A stretch of DNA of 64,000 nucleotides from Gemmatimonadota bacterium (GTDB taxonomy: Bacteria; Latescibacterota; UBA2968; UBA8231): NCBI GenBank assembly GCA_038153405.1, contig JAYOYH010000016.1:33823-97822 (forward strand), given 5' to 3'. Position numbers and translations under genes: made by a program. Positions 1-10,563 of this stretch are shown piece by piece. How positions within the stretch are numbered: position 1 is the stretch's first letter; each line of letters starts with the position of its first letter. The notes beneath the pieces are model-generated. The model was not told where the DNA came from. It searched no databases and saw nothing but the letters and a program-made list of their open reading frames with translations.

Positions 1-294
1 ACCTATCTGCGATACGGCCAGTAAGAGGCTGGATACCATCAGAAACGGCCGGCGGCCAAAGCGGTCGCTGAGCATGCCGATGGGCAGGGCAAATAGGCCC
101 GTGGCCAGCGGTGCCATGCCGGCGACTTGGCCTATGAAATCCTCCTGGTAGCTCAGGCGCAATAGATAGAGGTTGTAGAGCAGGGTGAAGAGCGCCATGC
201 CGGCATTGATGGCGATGCCGTAGGCAAAGAACAGGCGCACGTTGCGGTTGAATTCGCGCAGATGAAAGGCGCGCAGAAACGAGGCTATGGCCAT
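1..294 (-). CDS. MFS transporter (N-terminal part; runs off window start)
   Basis: Manual translation MAIASFLRAFHLREFNRNVRLFFAYG... gives hydrophobic helices and MFS motif A GMLSDRFGRR. Confidence 0.85.
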   Translation of the reverse strand, partial: MAIASFLRAFHLREFNRNVRLFFAYGIAINAGMALFTLLYNLYLLRLSYQEDFIGQVAGMAPLATGLFALPIGMLSDRFGRRPFLMVSSLLLAVSQIG

Positions 295-334
295 TGGGTA
301 TTGCTCAATAGGTGCCGACGAACGGATGCGGCAT

Positions 335-1393
335 TTAAAAGCCTAGGTTGGGGCCGCCCTGTCGGGGGCACAGCAGGCAACGCTCGCGCGTGCTGAAACC
401 GGCGGCGGGCATCCAGGTCGGCGTCATATCGCGGCCGGGCGAAGGGTAGATGGCCCTGCGCTGACTGCCATCGGCGCGCATGATCCATATGTCGGTTTGG
501 CCAAACGCGTCGGAAGTGTAGGCGATATGGCTGCCGTCGGGCGAGAAACTCGGAGCGGTGTCCTTGCTGCGCGAGCGCGTCAGATTGATTGGCTCGCTTC
601 CATCCGAACGCATGACCCATATATCCGAATAGCCGCTGCGGTTGGAGGCAAAGGCAATGTAGCTGCCATCGGGCGACCAGGCCGGTTCGGTGTCAAAGGA
701 TGGGCTGTTGGTCAGGCGCACGAGGCGCAGGTCATCAACGTCGACGACAAATAGTTGGTGATCGAAGTTGGGCGCGCGCCCCGGTTCTACGGTTGCGGCT
801 TCTATAGCAGCCAGTTCGGCGCTGTCGATGCCGGCCGGCGCGTAGGCGGCGCGCGCCGAAGCCAGAGCGATGCGCCGGCTATCGGGCGACCAGGCCGGGT
901 AGCCGTCAAATGCGGGGTGACTGGTCAGGCGCACGGTGTTGCGTCCATCGGCGTCCATTGCATAGATCTCCCAGTTGAGGTCGCGCAGGGAAGCGAAGGC
1001 CACCTTGCTGCCATCGGGCGACCAGTCGGGATGGTAGTCGCCAATGGGAAATTGGCTCAGGTTGGATGCAGCGGTGTCGGATAGGTCCAGGGTAAAGATT
1101 TCGTTGTTGAAAGGTACGCGTCCGGAGGCAAAAGCGATCCGCTGGCCATCGGGCGAAAAAGTTGGGTGCTGGTCGTCGCCGCTGCTGTGCGTTAGGCGCG
1201 TGGTCTGGCGACCATCGGCGTAGACCATGTAGATCTCGAAGTCACCGTCGCGATCGGAGGCAAAGGCGATGAGGTCTCGGTTGGCCGAGTCGCCGGCAAA
1301 GGGATCGGCGCCCTGCTCGAGCAGCGAGCAGCCGACCAGCAGCGTGACCAGCAGCGCAAGGGGAATGGGGTGCGGCACGCCTCTACATTCCAA
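335..1393 (-). CDS. TolB-like PD40-repeat beta-propeller lipoprotein
   Basis: Repeated P-x-W/F-SPDG-xx-IAFAS units; lipobox LVGC. Confidence 0.85.
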   Translation of the reverse strand: MECRGVPHPIPLALLVTLLVGCSLLEQGADPFAGDSANRDLIAFASDRDGDFEIYMVYADGRQTTRLTHSSGDDQHPTFSPDGQRIAFASGRVPFNNEIFTLDLSDTAASNLSQFPIGDYHPDWSPDGSKVAFASLRDLNWEIYAMDADGRNTVRLTSHPAFDGYPAWSPDSRRIALASARAAYAPAGIDSAELAAIEAATVEPGRAPNFDHQLFVVDVDDLRLVRLTNSPSFDTEPAWSPDGSYIAFASNRSGYSDIWVMRSDGSEPINLTRSRSKDTAPSFSPDGSHIAYTSDAFGQTDIWIMRADGSQRRAIYPSPGRDMTPTWMPAAGFSTRERCLLCPRQGGPNLGF

Positions 1394-2756
1394 AGTGCCC
1401 CATCCACCAGTTCAGGTAGTCTCTGTCCGCCAGGTTCGGATCTAGGCCACGCGCGCGCATGCGCTCGGCGAAGCTGCGTTCCATCTGCGCATCCTCTCTA
1501 GCCTGCGTCTGCGCGTCTTCGTCGAGCAGGCCAAGGTCGTTGCTCTGCAGCAGCCAATCGTTGAGCAGGCCGGCGTGCTCGGCCAGCGCGGCTGCGTGCC
1601 GTGGGTCGCCGGCCACGTTGTGCACTTCATGTGGGTCGGTGCTCAGGTCGTAGAGCTCTTCGATGGGTCGCTCAGAAGCCATAAAGGGCAGTTGGGCCTC
1701 ATCGAGTTGGTCGCACTCGTGCAGCACGCGCATGAGCGTCCACACCGGGTACTGATGCTTTTTGTAGGCGTTGAACTGCATATAGGGACGCTCGGGCTGC
1801 AGGTTGCGGATATACTTGTAGCGCGGCGTGCGCGCGCAGCGGATGCGGTCATCGGTGCCGTCGCAGCGATCGCGCGCGGCGAAAATGGCCGACCGCTCTT
1901 CACTGGAGAAAAATGACCGCCCGTCAAAATGTTCTGGTATGGGAACCCTGCACAGGTGTAGGGCGCTGGCGGCAAAGTCGACGCCGGAGACTAGGCGATC
2001 GCGCACACAGTCGGCATCGATATGGCCTGGCCAGCGCACGATGCACGGCACGCGCAGGCCGCCGTCGTAGAGAAATTGCTTGTCGCGGACGTGCGCTCTG
2101 CCGTGGTCGCCAATGAAGAACACAATGGTGTTGCGCGCCAGGCCTTCGTCTTCGAGCCGCTGCAGAACGGCGCCAATCTTGCGGTCGAGTACCTGAATAC
2201 TCTCGAGGTAATGGGCCCAATCGGCGCGCGCCAGCGGGTGGTCGGGGTAGTAGGGCGGGAGTTCGACGTCGGCTGGGTCGATCGGGTGCTGGTCGTCGCG
2301 GGCGAAGTCCCGGTGCGTATCGGTGATGTTCATCTGGGCATAGAATGGCTGCCCCGCTGCCCGCTGTGACCAATCGGTGCCGTCAAAGGGTTGTTCAACC
2401 GCAAAGTTGAAGTCGGTTTTGCCGACCTTGTCATAGGCATCGGGGCCAGGACTATTGCAGGTGAAATAGCCGGCATTGCGAAAGCAGTCGGTAATGAGGG
2501 TAGTGCCTTCAGGCAGCGTCGCGTCGCGCCGAGAGCGGTGATGGTGCGCGCCAATCCGCGTTTGATAGCAGCCGGTGATAATGGCTGAACGCGAAGGCGA
2601 ACAGACGGGACAGGTGACAAACGCTTGGGTAAAAGTCGTGCCCTCGGCGGCGAGCTGATCGATATGCGGCGTGCGCACGGCAGAGGTGCCGTAGCAGGCC
2701 AAATCGGGGTAGAGATCCTCGCCGTAAATCCACAGCACGTTGGGTTGGGTGGTCAT
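1383..2756 (-). CDS. Sulfatase (formylglycine-dependent)
   Basis: PNVLWI start, CSPSR motif, GDHG. Confidence 0.92.
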   Translation of the reverse strand: MTTQPNVLWIYGEDLYPDLACYGTSAVRTPHIDQLAAEGTTFTQAFVTCPVCSPSRSAIITGCYQTRIGAHHHRSRRDATLPEGTTLITDCFRNAGYFTCNSPGPDAYDKVGKTDFNFAVEQPFDGTDWSQRAAGQPFYAQMNITDTHRDFARDDQHPIDPADVELPPYYPDHPLARADWAHYLESIQVLDRKIGAVLQRLEDEGLARNTIVFFIGDHGRAHVRDKQFLYDGGLRVPCIVRWPGHIDADCVRDRLVSGVDFAASALHLCRVPIPEHFDGRSFFSSEERSAIFAARDRCDGTDDRIRCARTPRYKYIRNLQPERPYMQFNAYKKHQYPVWTLMRVLHECDQLDEAQLPFMASERPIEELYDLSTDPHEVHNVAGDPRHAAALAEHAGLLNDWLLQSNDLGLLDEDAQTQAREDAQMERSFAERMRARGLDPNLADRDYLNWWMGHFGM

Positions 2757-2907
2757 GCGCTCCTAGCGTTGGCGGCATTGAGCCCTGTTCAGAGGGCACG
2801 CGAGATGCGAGGAAATATACTGCGCAAGCGATGGCCACTTCAAATGGCCCGCCGCGCCAACGAACAAAGCGCCGTGCGCCAGCCAGTGGCGTGGCGGTGA
2901 ACGCTGT

Positions 2908-3702
2908 CTATGCAGCGCCGTTTGCCAGCAGGGCCAGTAGTTCATCGTGCAAGGGGCCGTTGCTGGCCAGCAGCCCCTGTGCTCCGTCGAGCAGGTTTAA
3001 TGCGCGCCCGTTGGCTCGACTGACTCGGCCGCCCGCCTCTTCGACGATGAGCGCGGCTGCGGCGATATCCCATGGTTCGAGGCCGGCATCGAAATGCGCT
3101 TCGGCGCGTCCGGCCGCCACCGCACACAGGCCTGCGACGGCACAGCCGGGTGCCCTCACCTGTCCGGCGCTTCGCGCCAGCGCATCGTTGGCCTCCATGC
3201 ACAGGGCGCGCTTGCTCGGTTTGGAAAAGTCGATGCCGACGAGAGCCTTACCCAGCGCGCGCTGCCCAGAGACGCTTAGCGCCTGGTCGTTGCAGGTGGC
3301 GCCGGCGCCGCGCTGGGCCAGATAGAGTTGATCGAGGCCGGGCAGGGAAATGCCTCCGGCCAGCGGAATTCCACTCTCTGCACAGGCCAGTGAAATGCCG
3401 AAGATGGGAAAGGCGTCGCGCGCAAAGTTGTAGGTGCCGTCGATGGGGTCTATGATCCAACAGCGCATTTTGGCATCGGGCCCCACAGCGTGTAACCCCT
3501 GCTCTTCGGCGACAATGGCCTCGCCCGGGAAGTGGGTTGCAAGGCGGTCGATAAGCAGCTGCTGCACCTCGAGGTCGGCGCTGGTGAGAAGGTCGGCGGC
3601 CTCTTTTTCGTCATAGCGCAGCGCGCGGCGGTCGGCATACGTTGTTTGCACTAGCATCGCTGCATCCAGCAGCGCCCGTCGGATAAACGTCAACTCATCC
3701 AT
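2908..3702 (-). CDS. Inositol monophosphatase family (SuhB-like)
   Basis: WIIDPIDGT and PWDIAAA motifs. Confidence 0.9.
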   Translation of the reverse strand: MDELTFIRRALLDAAMLVQTTYADRRALRYDEKEAADLLTSADLEVQQLLIDRLATHFPGEAIVAEEQGLHAVGPDAKMRCWIIDPIDGTYNFARDAFPIFGISLACAESGIPLAGGISLPGLDQLYLAQRGAGATCNDQALSVSGQRALGKALVGIDFSKPSKRALCMEANDALARSAGQVRAPGCAVAGLCAVAAGRAEAHFDAGLEPWDIAAAALIVEEAGGRVSRANGRALNLLDGAQGLLASNGPLHDELLALLANGAA

Positions 3703-4440
3703 TCAGCGCTCCTCGTATGCCTCGGCGCGGGTGCGGGCGCGGCGCCCCGGGCACAGCGCTTGCATGGATGGAGGCATGCGCGCGTAGGTTTCGGGGTAGA
3801 CGGGCTGGTGGCCGTTTTCCGCCCAATTGTTGAACCAGCGCGGGTAGTAGGCGATATTGAGGCCGATGCGCACGCTTGTCGAAGCGTTGGCACGCGCCTG
3901 GTGCCACAGGCCGCCGTGCCACAGTAGGACGGAGCCGGCTGGTGCTTCAATGGGTAGAATGCGCGCCGGGTCGAGATCGCTGGGCGGCGCTTTTTGCCGC
4001 GCGCTGTGGCTCATGGGCACCACGCCAGTTGCGCCGTTTTGCGCGGTGAAATCGCTCAGGGCCCAAATGCTGTTGATCATCCACGGGACGTCGGGTACCT
4101 GCAGAAACGAACCGGTCGAATCGGCGTGCAGCGCTTGGGCTGGTGCGCCGGGCCAAGTTGGTTTGGAACAGGCTTCGACGACGCGGCAGGTGGGGCCGAG
4201 AAAATGGCGAACGATCTCGACGACCTGCGCATGGCTTGCACAGCGCCAGACGCGCTCGTCCAAGTTGAGCATGCCAAAGAGCGTTTGGTAGTGTGCGTCG
4301 CCGACGGTGTGAGCGGAGTGGGCGGGATCGGCGTGCAGTTCGAGGCAGCGCTCGCCCAAAGCGATGGCATCGGCGCGTGGTATGGCATTTTCCAGCAGGC
4401 AGTAGCCAAAGCATTCGAGGTGGCGGATGGCGTCGTTCAT
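3703..4440 (-). CDS. Phytanoyl-CoA dioxygenase (PhyH) family Fe(II)/2OG enzyme
   Basis: LHAD, NGATGVVPMSH, LWH...N...R pattern. Confidence 0.85.
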   Translation of the reverse strand: MNDAIRHLECFGYCLLENAIPRADAIALGERCLELHADPAHSAHTVGDAHYQTLFGMLNLDERVWRCASHAQVVEIVRHFLGPTCRVVEACSKPTWPGAPAQALHADSTGSFLQVPDVPWMINSIWALSDFTAQNGATGVVPMSHSARQKAPPSDLDPARILPIEAPAGSVLLWHGGLWHQARANASTSVRIGLNIAYYPRWFNNWAENGHQPVYPETYARMPPSMQALCPGRRARTRAEAYEER

Positions 4441-4583
4441 AGTTTAGTTCTCTCGCGGTTTGGCCGGTCAATGTACGAAAGGATTGGCGCCGAGAAAAAG
4501 GGTGTGGGATTCGACGGGTGCTGCAAGGGGCTTGGGCGAAGTGTACAGATGCGTTCCATTTGGGAGCAAGCGAGGAAAAGAAT

Positions 4584-6221
4584 ATGGCAACCGATGCATT
4601 GGAAACCAGACTGCTGAGTTCGCTGAGTAAGGTCTTTGCCGACCAGGAGTTGGACGACGGCATATTTGGGCGCGCTTCGTGTCTGCGCGGTGAGGTGTTT
4701 TCGTTTCAGCTAGCCTACCGCGCGCGCACGCTGCTCAAGGGCATAGAGGTCGAAGTCGACTCCTCGCTCGAGCAATATATCAGCGTGCGCGAAGTGGGCT
4801 TGGCCCCGTGCGAGTTTCCGGGCGCCCGTTTTGACGATGACGTGCTGCGCACCACGCCGGGGCTCTATCCGGATCCGCTCTACGCGCTGGTGCGCGGCCT
4901 TGATGCGCCGCCGAGTCAGTGGCGCGCGCTGTGGGTTCAGGTGCGCGTGCCTGCGCGTCGCGTCAGCGGCCGGCACGAGATTGCCCTGCGCCTGGTGCAC
5001 GGCGGCCATGTGCTCGCCCGTGAGACCTTTGTGCTGGACATCGTGCCACAGGCGCTGCCGGCGCAAAAGTTGGTGCATACCAGTTGGTTTCACGCCGACT
5101 GCATTGCCACCCACTACGGCGATCCAGTGTGGAGCGCCGGGCACTGGCGACGCATAGAGCAGTTTATGCACAGCGCCGTCGACCACGGCGTCAATATGCT
5201 GCTTACGCCGCTGTTTACCCCACCTCTCGATACGCAAGTCGGCGGCGAGCGCCCAACGGTGCAGCTGATTGGCGTTGAGAAACGGGGCGCGTCATATCGC
5301 TTTGACTTTCGCCGCCTGCGGCGCTGGGTGAACCTGGCCGACCGCTGCGGCGTGCGCTACTTTGAAATGGCGCACTTCTTCACCCAGTGGGGAGCGGCGC
5401 ACTGCCCGAAAGTCGTCGCGACTGTCGCCGGCCGGGAGCGCAAGATCTTCGGTTGGAAAGACAGCGCATCGGGTGCGGCCTACCGCGCGTTTCTCGACCA
5501 GTTTTTGCCGCAGTTAGTGCGCTTTATTCGCGCCAATGGACTTGAGCGCCGCGTGTATTTTCACGTGTCCGACGAGCCGCATAAGGATCATGTAGAAGCC
5601 TTTAGTAAGGCGGCTGCTATCGTGCATGGGCACCTGCGCGGATTCCCCTTTATCGATGCGCTGTCTGATATCGAATACTATGAGCGCGGCTTGGTCCACC
5701 ATCCCATTCCGGCCAGTAACCACATCGAACCTTTTGTTGAGCGGGGCATAAAAAACCTGTGGACCTACTACTGCGTCTCGCAGTGGGACCGCGTGTCCAA
5801 TCGATTTTTCAATATGCCGTCGGCGCGCAATCGCATGCTCGGCGCCCAGCTCTACAAATACGATTTGGCCGGCTTTCTACAGTGGGGTTTTAATTTCTAC
5901 TACGCCCAGTACTCAACGCGGCCGGTCAATCCATTTTTAGAGACCGATGCCGGACGCGCCTTTCCCTCGGGCGATGCGTTCCTCGTCTATCCAGGACAAG
6001 AAGGCCCAATTGATTCGATTCGCGGTCAGGTGTTCCGCGAGGCGCTGCAGGATCAGCGCGCTCTCCAGCTATTGGAGAAGCTGCAGGGACGCCCCAAAAC
6101 GGTGCGACTGCTGCAGCAGGGCGCGGCTAGCCCGATTACGATGAAGGAGTATCCGCGTTCGATGGACTGGCTGTTGGCTATGCGCGAGCGCGTCAATCGG
6201 CGCATTGCCGCGCTGCTATGA
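4584..6221 (+). CDS. DUF4091 / GH123-like glycoside hydrolase
   Basis: HVSDEP, WTYYC, GFLQWGFNF, GDAFLVYPG...SIR; start placed at ATG after GAGG. Confidence 0.75.
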   Translation: MATDALETRLLSSLSKVFADQELDDGIFGRASCLRGEVFSFQLAYRARTLLKGIEVEVDSSLEQYISVREVGLAPCEFPGARFDDDVLRTTPGLYPDPLYALVRGLDAPPSQWRALWVQVRVPARRVSGRHEIALRLVHGGHVLARETFVLDIVPQALPAQKLVHTSWFHADCIATHYGDPVWSAGHWRRIEQFMHSAVDHGVNMLLTPLFTPPLDTQVGGERPTVQLIGVEKRGASYRFDFRRLRRWVNLADRCGVRYFEMAHFFTQWGAAHCPKVVATVAGRERKIFGWKDSASGAAYRAFLDQFLPQLVRFIRANGLERRVYFHVSDEPHKDHVEAFSKAAAIVHGHLRGFPFIDALSDIEYYERGLVHHPIPASNHIEPFVERGIKNLWTYYCVSQWDRVSNRFFNMPSARNRMLGAQLYKYDLAGFLQWGFNFYYAQYSTRPVNPFLETDAGRAFPSGDAFLVYPGQEGPIDSIRGQVFREALQDQRALQLLEKLQGRPKTVRLLQQGAASPITMKEYPRSMDWLLAMRERVNRRIAALL

Positions 6222-6257
6222 GCTGAGTAATAGGGTGCACATTACGGGAGAAATGCC

Positions 6258-7466
6258 GTGCCTACACAGATACTAGCCGAGGTGCCGCTGCTCGGCGGGA
6301 CGCATGAGATTACCATAGAGGGCGAGCGCATCGCCGCGCTGCGGCCCTCGTCGGTGCAAACGGATGTGTGCGTCGGCCCGGCGCTCTTCGATATACAGGT
6401 CAACGGCTACGGTGGCCGCACCTGTCGGATGGCTTCAACGGCCAAAGAGGATGCGCTGTCCTATATTGCGCAGCTGCTGCGCGAGCGCGGCGTTGGTTGG
6501 TGGTTGCCGACGATTACAACGGCCAGCGCGGAGGATTTGCTGACGGCCTTTACCTGCTGCGGTCGCGCGCTAGACGCCGATGCCGATTTGGCCGCCTCCA
6601 TTCCCGGATTGCACCTGGAAGGGCCCTATATATCAAAAGTAGATGGTCCGCGCGGAGCGCACGGACTAGAGCACGTGCGACCGCCCGATTGGGACGAGGT
6701 GCAGCGGTTAAACGAGGCGTGCGGTGGGCGCATTCGCTTGGTAACGCTGGCGCCGGAAGTTGAGGGAGCCGTGCAGTTTATCAAACAATGCGTTGCGGCG
6801 GGCATGGTCGTGGCGATGGGCCATACGGATCTGGATCGCGAGTCGCTGGCGCGCGCAGTGGATGCCGGCGCGACCCTGTCGACGCATTTGGGCAATGGCG
6901 CCCACGATCGGCTACAGCGCCACAACAACTATCTGTGGTATCAGCTGGCCGAGGAGAGCGTATACGCATCGTTTATCGCCGATGGCCAGCACCTGCCGCG
7001 CGAATGCCTGTATTCCATGCTGCGTGCCAAGGGATTTGCACGCTCGATTCTCATCTCCGACTCGGTCCTTTTGGGTGGTATGAGGCCGGGGGTCTACGGC
7101 GTGCGGGGACGCGATATTGAAATGCTGGAGTCGGGGCGCATCGTCGTGCCCGGCACGCCGAACCTGGCCGGCAGCGGCAGCCATCTAAAAGAATGCGTTG
7201 AATGGGCGACGCGCTTGGGCCGCGTGGCGCACGTAGAGGCATGGGCCATGGCCAGCACAAATCCGGCGCGCCTGCTGCATTTGGACGATCGGCTGGGCGT
7301 GTGCGAGGGCTGTGAAGCGACGCTGGCAGTGTACAAAAAATCGCTCGACGGTGCGTCGATCGACGTGCGCCAGACCTGGGTTGCCGGGCGCTTGGTATTC
7401 GATGCCGAGCGCGACGTGCCGACGTCGATGCCGGACGTGCCGCCTGACGCGGCGGCACCTATTTGA
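6258..7466 (+). CDS. nagA: N-acetylglucosamine-6-phosphate deacetylase family
   Basis: DIQVNG, HLEGPY, TLAPE, MGH, THLGN, IADGQH, LAGS. Confidence 0.8.
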   Translation: MPTQILAEVPLLGGTHEITIEGERIAALRPSSVQTDVCVGPALFDIQVNGYGGRTCRMASTAKEDALSYIAQLLRERGVGWWLPTITTASAEDLLTAFTCCGRALDADADLAASIPGLHLEGPYISKVDGPRGAHGLEHVRPPDWDEVQRLNEACGGRIRLVTLAPEVEGAVQFIKQCVAAGMVVAMGHTDLDRESLARAVDAGATLSTHLGNGAHDRLQRHNNYLWYQLAEESVYASFIADGQHLPRECLYSMLRAKGFARSILISDSVLLGGMRPGVYGVRGRDIEMLESGRIVVPGTPNLAGSGSHLKECVEWATRLGRVAHVEAWAMASTNPARLLHLDDRLGVCEGCEATLAVYKKSLDGASIDVRQTWVAGRLVFDAERDVPTSMPDVPPDAAAPI

Positions 7467-7496
7467 GCGATGAACCACCATATGAGAGAGCGAACG

Positions 7497-9302
7497 ATGA
7501 GCGATGAATTGCCCGGCGGTATTCCCGACAGCCGCCACCTGCACAACGGTTGGCAGATTCCCAGCGAAGGCTACTGCGATCAGCCCTATGTCGTGCAGAC
7601 GGACGATGGAGCCTGGCTCTGCATTATGACGACGGGTAGCAGTCACGAAGGGGCGTCTGGTCAGCACGTCGTATCGACGCGCAGCACCGACTGCGGCCGC
7701 ACGTGGTCGCCACTGGTCGACGTGGAGCCAGCGGACGGCCCAGAGGCATCCTACGCAGTGCTATTAAAGGTGCCTTCGGGGCGCGTCTACGCGTTTTACA
7801 ACCACAACACGGACGATGTGCGCCGCGTCAAAGCGGATAATCCGCCCTATGCCGACGGGTACTGCACGCGCGTCGATAGTCTGGGTCACTTCGTATTTAA
7901 ATACAGCGACGATCACGGGCTCAGCTGGTCGACAGAGCGCTATGACGTTCCGGTGCGCGAAATGGAAATCGACCGCAAGAACGCCGACGGAGGGCGCCTG
8001 CGCTACTTTTGGAACGTCGGTAAGCCCATCGTTGCGCACGGTGCGGCGTTTGTTTCGCTGCACAAGGTGGGCGGCTTTGGCGATGGGTTTTTCACCAGCA
8101 ACGAGGGCGTGCTGCTCCGGAGCGAAAACATATTGGCGGAGGCCGATCCGACGAAGATTCGCTGGCAGACACTGCCCGAAGGTGAGTTCGGTCTGCGCGC
8201 TCCCGAGGGCGGCGGCACCGTGGCCTCAGAGCACAGCTACAGCGTGCTGTCGGACGGCTCGTTTTACTGCGTCTATCGCACGATTGACGGCCATCCGGCC
8301 TGCGCCTATTCGCGCGATGCGGGACGCACGTGGTCGAAACCCACCTATAAGCAATTTGCCGACGGGCGCTTGATCAAGCATCCGCGCGCGGCCAATTTTG
8401 CTTGGCGCTGCGCAAACGGCAAGTATCTCTACTGGTTTCACAACCACGGCGGGCGCTTTATCAAGGAGCACCCGCAGCAGCGCTGGAACGCCTACCAGGA
8501 CCGCAATCCAGTGTGGCTGTGCGGCGGCATTGAGGTCGAAGGGGCAGAGGGCCGTGCGATACAGTGGACCCAGCCGGAAATCGCTCTCTACGACGACGAT
8601 CCCTATATACGCATGAGCTATCCGGACTTAGTAGAAGAGGGCGGCGAGTACTATGTGACGGAGACGCAGAAAGACGTGGCGCGCGTCCATCGCCTAGATA
8701 AAGCGCTGCTGGAGGGTCTATGGAACCAGTTCGAGTGCGCAGAGATCGCGCGCGATGGGCTGCTGTTGGAGTTGCAAGAAGCCGGGCCGATGGTATGCGA
8801 TATGCCCTTGTTGCCGCTCCTCAATCGCCGCAGCGCGCACAGTCCCTACGGGACAGAGGATGTGCGCGCCGGCTTTAGCATCGACGCATGGCTCTACTTG
8901 GATAGCTCCGTCGCTGGGCGGGTGCTGCTGGATACCCGTACAGAAAATGGCCAGGGGTTGGTGGTCCAGCACAAGGGGGGCGGTCAGCTAGAAATCGCCG
9001 TCGACGACGGGCGGACCCGCGCCAGCTGGGATAGCGATCCGAAAGTCGTGGCCGTTGGCCAGCATCACCACGTCGTCATTATCCTCGATGGGGGGGCCAA
9101 AATCATCGCCTTTGTCGTCGATGGACGCCTGTGCGATGGCGGCGATTTTCGCCAATTCGGATGGGGTCGCTTTAGCCCCCATCTGCGCCACGCCAACGGT
9201 AGCCCGCGCCTGCTGGTCGACGGCGCCGTGCACGCGCTGCGGCTCTACGGACGCGCGCTGCGCACGTCGGAAGCTGTGGCGCACTTCCGCGCCGGACGCT
9301 AG
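7497..9302 (+). CDS. Sialidase-like BNR/Asp-box protein with C-terminal LamG-like domain
   Basis: Asp boxes STDCGRTWS, SDDHGLSWS, SRDAGRTWS; SYP motif; C-terminal HHVV...DG...LYGRAL. Confidence 0.75.
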   Translation: MSDELPGGIPDSRHLHNGWQIPSEGYCDQPYVVQTDDGAWLCIMTTGSSHEGASGQHVVSTRSTDCGRTWSPLVDVEPADGPEASYAVLLKVPSGRVYAFYNHNTDDVRRVKADNPPYADGYCTRVDSLGHFVFKYSDDHGLSWSTERYDVPVREMEIDRKNADGGRLRYFWNVGKPIVAHGAAFVSLHKVGGFGDGFFTSNEGVLLRSENILAEADPTKIRWQTLPEGEFGLRAPEGGGTVASEHSYSVLSDGSFYCVYRTIDGHPACAYSRDAGRTWSKPTYKQFADGRLIKHPRAANFAWRCANGKYLYWFHNHGGRFIKEHPQQRWNAYQDRNPVWLCGGIEVEGAEGRAIQWTQPEIALYDDDPYIRMSYPDLVEEGGEYYVTETQKDVARVHRLDKALLEGLWNQFECAEIARDGLLLELQEAGPMVCDMPLLPLLNRRSAHSPYGTEDVRAGFSIDAWLYLDSSVAGRVLLDTRTENGQGLVVQHKGGGQLEIAVDDGRTRASWDSDPKVVAVGQHHHVVIILDGGAKIIAFVVDGRLCDGGDFRQFGWGRFSPHLRHANGSPRLLVDGAVHALRLYGRALRTSEAVAHFRAGR

Positions 9303-9588
9303 TGTATAGCCCTATGGCCGAGTTTCATCTCAACGAGGTCAATGCCTGCGTGCGCGTGCGCTTTCAGCGGGATATAGAGCCGATTGCCGGGCCCGACGTT
9401 ACGCGCGATGAATTCGATGCCATGGCGGCTCCGTTTATTTGCCGCGGGCAGGTCGACCGCCTAATACAGCGCTTTGTGCCCAAGTAGAAGCAATTGCGGT
9501 TTATCCTTGCTGTAGGCGCAAAAAGGCCCTAACCATATACTGCGACGAAGTTGGTGAGCCGATTTTTTTTTACGAGGAGAGATTCGAT

Positions 9589-10536
9589 ATGGCAGATCGT
9601 CAGGTTCAAGGAGTAATCGCCAACCCCTTCTCCCTTGCGGATGCAGATGGCTACGCATGGCTCAAGGGCAATTTGCACTCGCATACGACCAACTCGGACG
9701 GCAAACCCTCGCCGCAGGAGCGTTTGGATGGCTATGTGAATCAGGGCTACGACTTTCTCTGCATTTCAGACCACCACGAGATTACCCGCGTGGACAGCGT
9801 GCACGTTCCCGATGGCTTTATTGCCGTGCAGGGAGCTGAACTGCACCCGGACAATCCCTTCGGCGGGCAGAAACACCACTTTGTTTGTTTGAATATCCAC
9901 GAAGACATCGATGCGCAGAACATGCCGCCTCAGCACGTTATCGATGCGGTAAACGATCAGGGCGGCAGCGTTTGGCTCGCACATCCCCACTGGAGTTCCG
10001 TCAATATTCGGCGCGATACGGCGCCGCTGCGCGGCTTTGCCGGCATTGAAGTCTTCAACACGACTTGTCGCTGCGCAGGGCGCGGCGAGTCATCGGTGCA
10101 CTGGGACGATTGGATGGAGTTGGAGGGGCGAATCTATCCAGCGCTGGCCAACGACGATGCACATGCTTTAGAAGAAACGCGCCGCGATACCTATGGAGGG
10201 TGGACTTGGGTGCGGGTGCGCGAGCGCACGGCCGAGGCGGTGTGCGCCGCGCTAGTGCAGGGGGCCTCGTATGCCAGCACGGGGCCGCTGATCCGCGATA
10301 TCCAACTACAGCGCACCGACGGTGGGGCGGTGGAGGCCACCGTCGCCTGCTCGCCGGCGCAGCGCATTGCGGCCGTGCACGATGCGTATGGCACGGAGTA
10401 TCACGAACACGGGGCACTGTTTGAATCGGCGGTGTTTTCGCTGCGCCCAACCGCGCGCTGGGTGCGCTTTGAAATCGTCGGACCGCAGGGCGATAAGGCT
10501 TGGTCGAATCCATTTGATCTCACACTCGTCGTTTAG
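9589..10536 (+). CDS. PHP-domain (CehA/McbA-like) metallohydrolase
   Basis: GNLHSHTTNSDG, ISDH, AHP, NDDAH; SD GAGGAG. Confidence 0.85.
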   Translation: MADRQVQGVIANPFSLADADGYAWLKGNLHSHTTNSDGKPSPQERLDGYVNQGYDFLCISDHHEITRVDSVHVPDGFIAVQGAELHPDNPFGGQKHHFVCLNIHEDIDAQNMPPQHVIDAVNDQGGSVWLAHPHWSSVNIRRDTAPLRGFAGIEVFNTTCRCAGRGESSVHWDDWMELEGRIYPALANDDAHALEETRRDTYGGWTWVRVRERTAEAVCAALVQGASYASTGPLIRDIQLQRTDGGAVEATVACSPAQRIAAVHDAYGTEYHEHGALFESAVFSLRPTARWVRFEIVGPQGDKAWSNPFDLTLVV

Positions 10537-10563
10537 GCAAATAGGCCTTTATGAAAGGAGAAA

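Noticed and set aside
335..1260. Recurring CCATCGGGCGA nucleotide repeats
   Set aside because: They encode the SPDG of PD40 protein repeats and are not an independent DNA element.
9302..9487. 61-aa ORF between the sialidase-like and PHP genes
   Set aside because: No SD or recognisable motif; cannot be supported, though not excluded.
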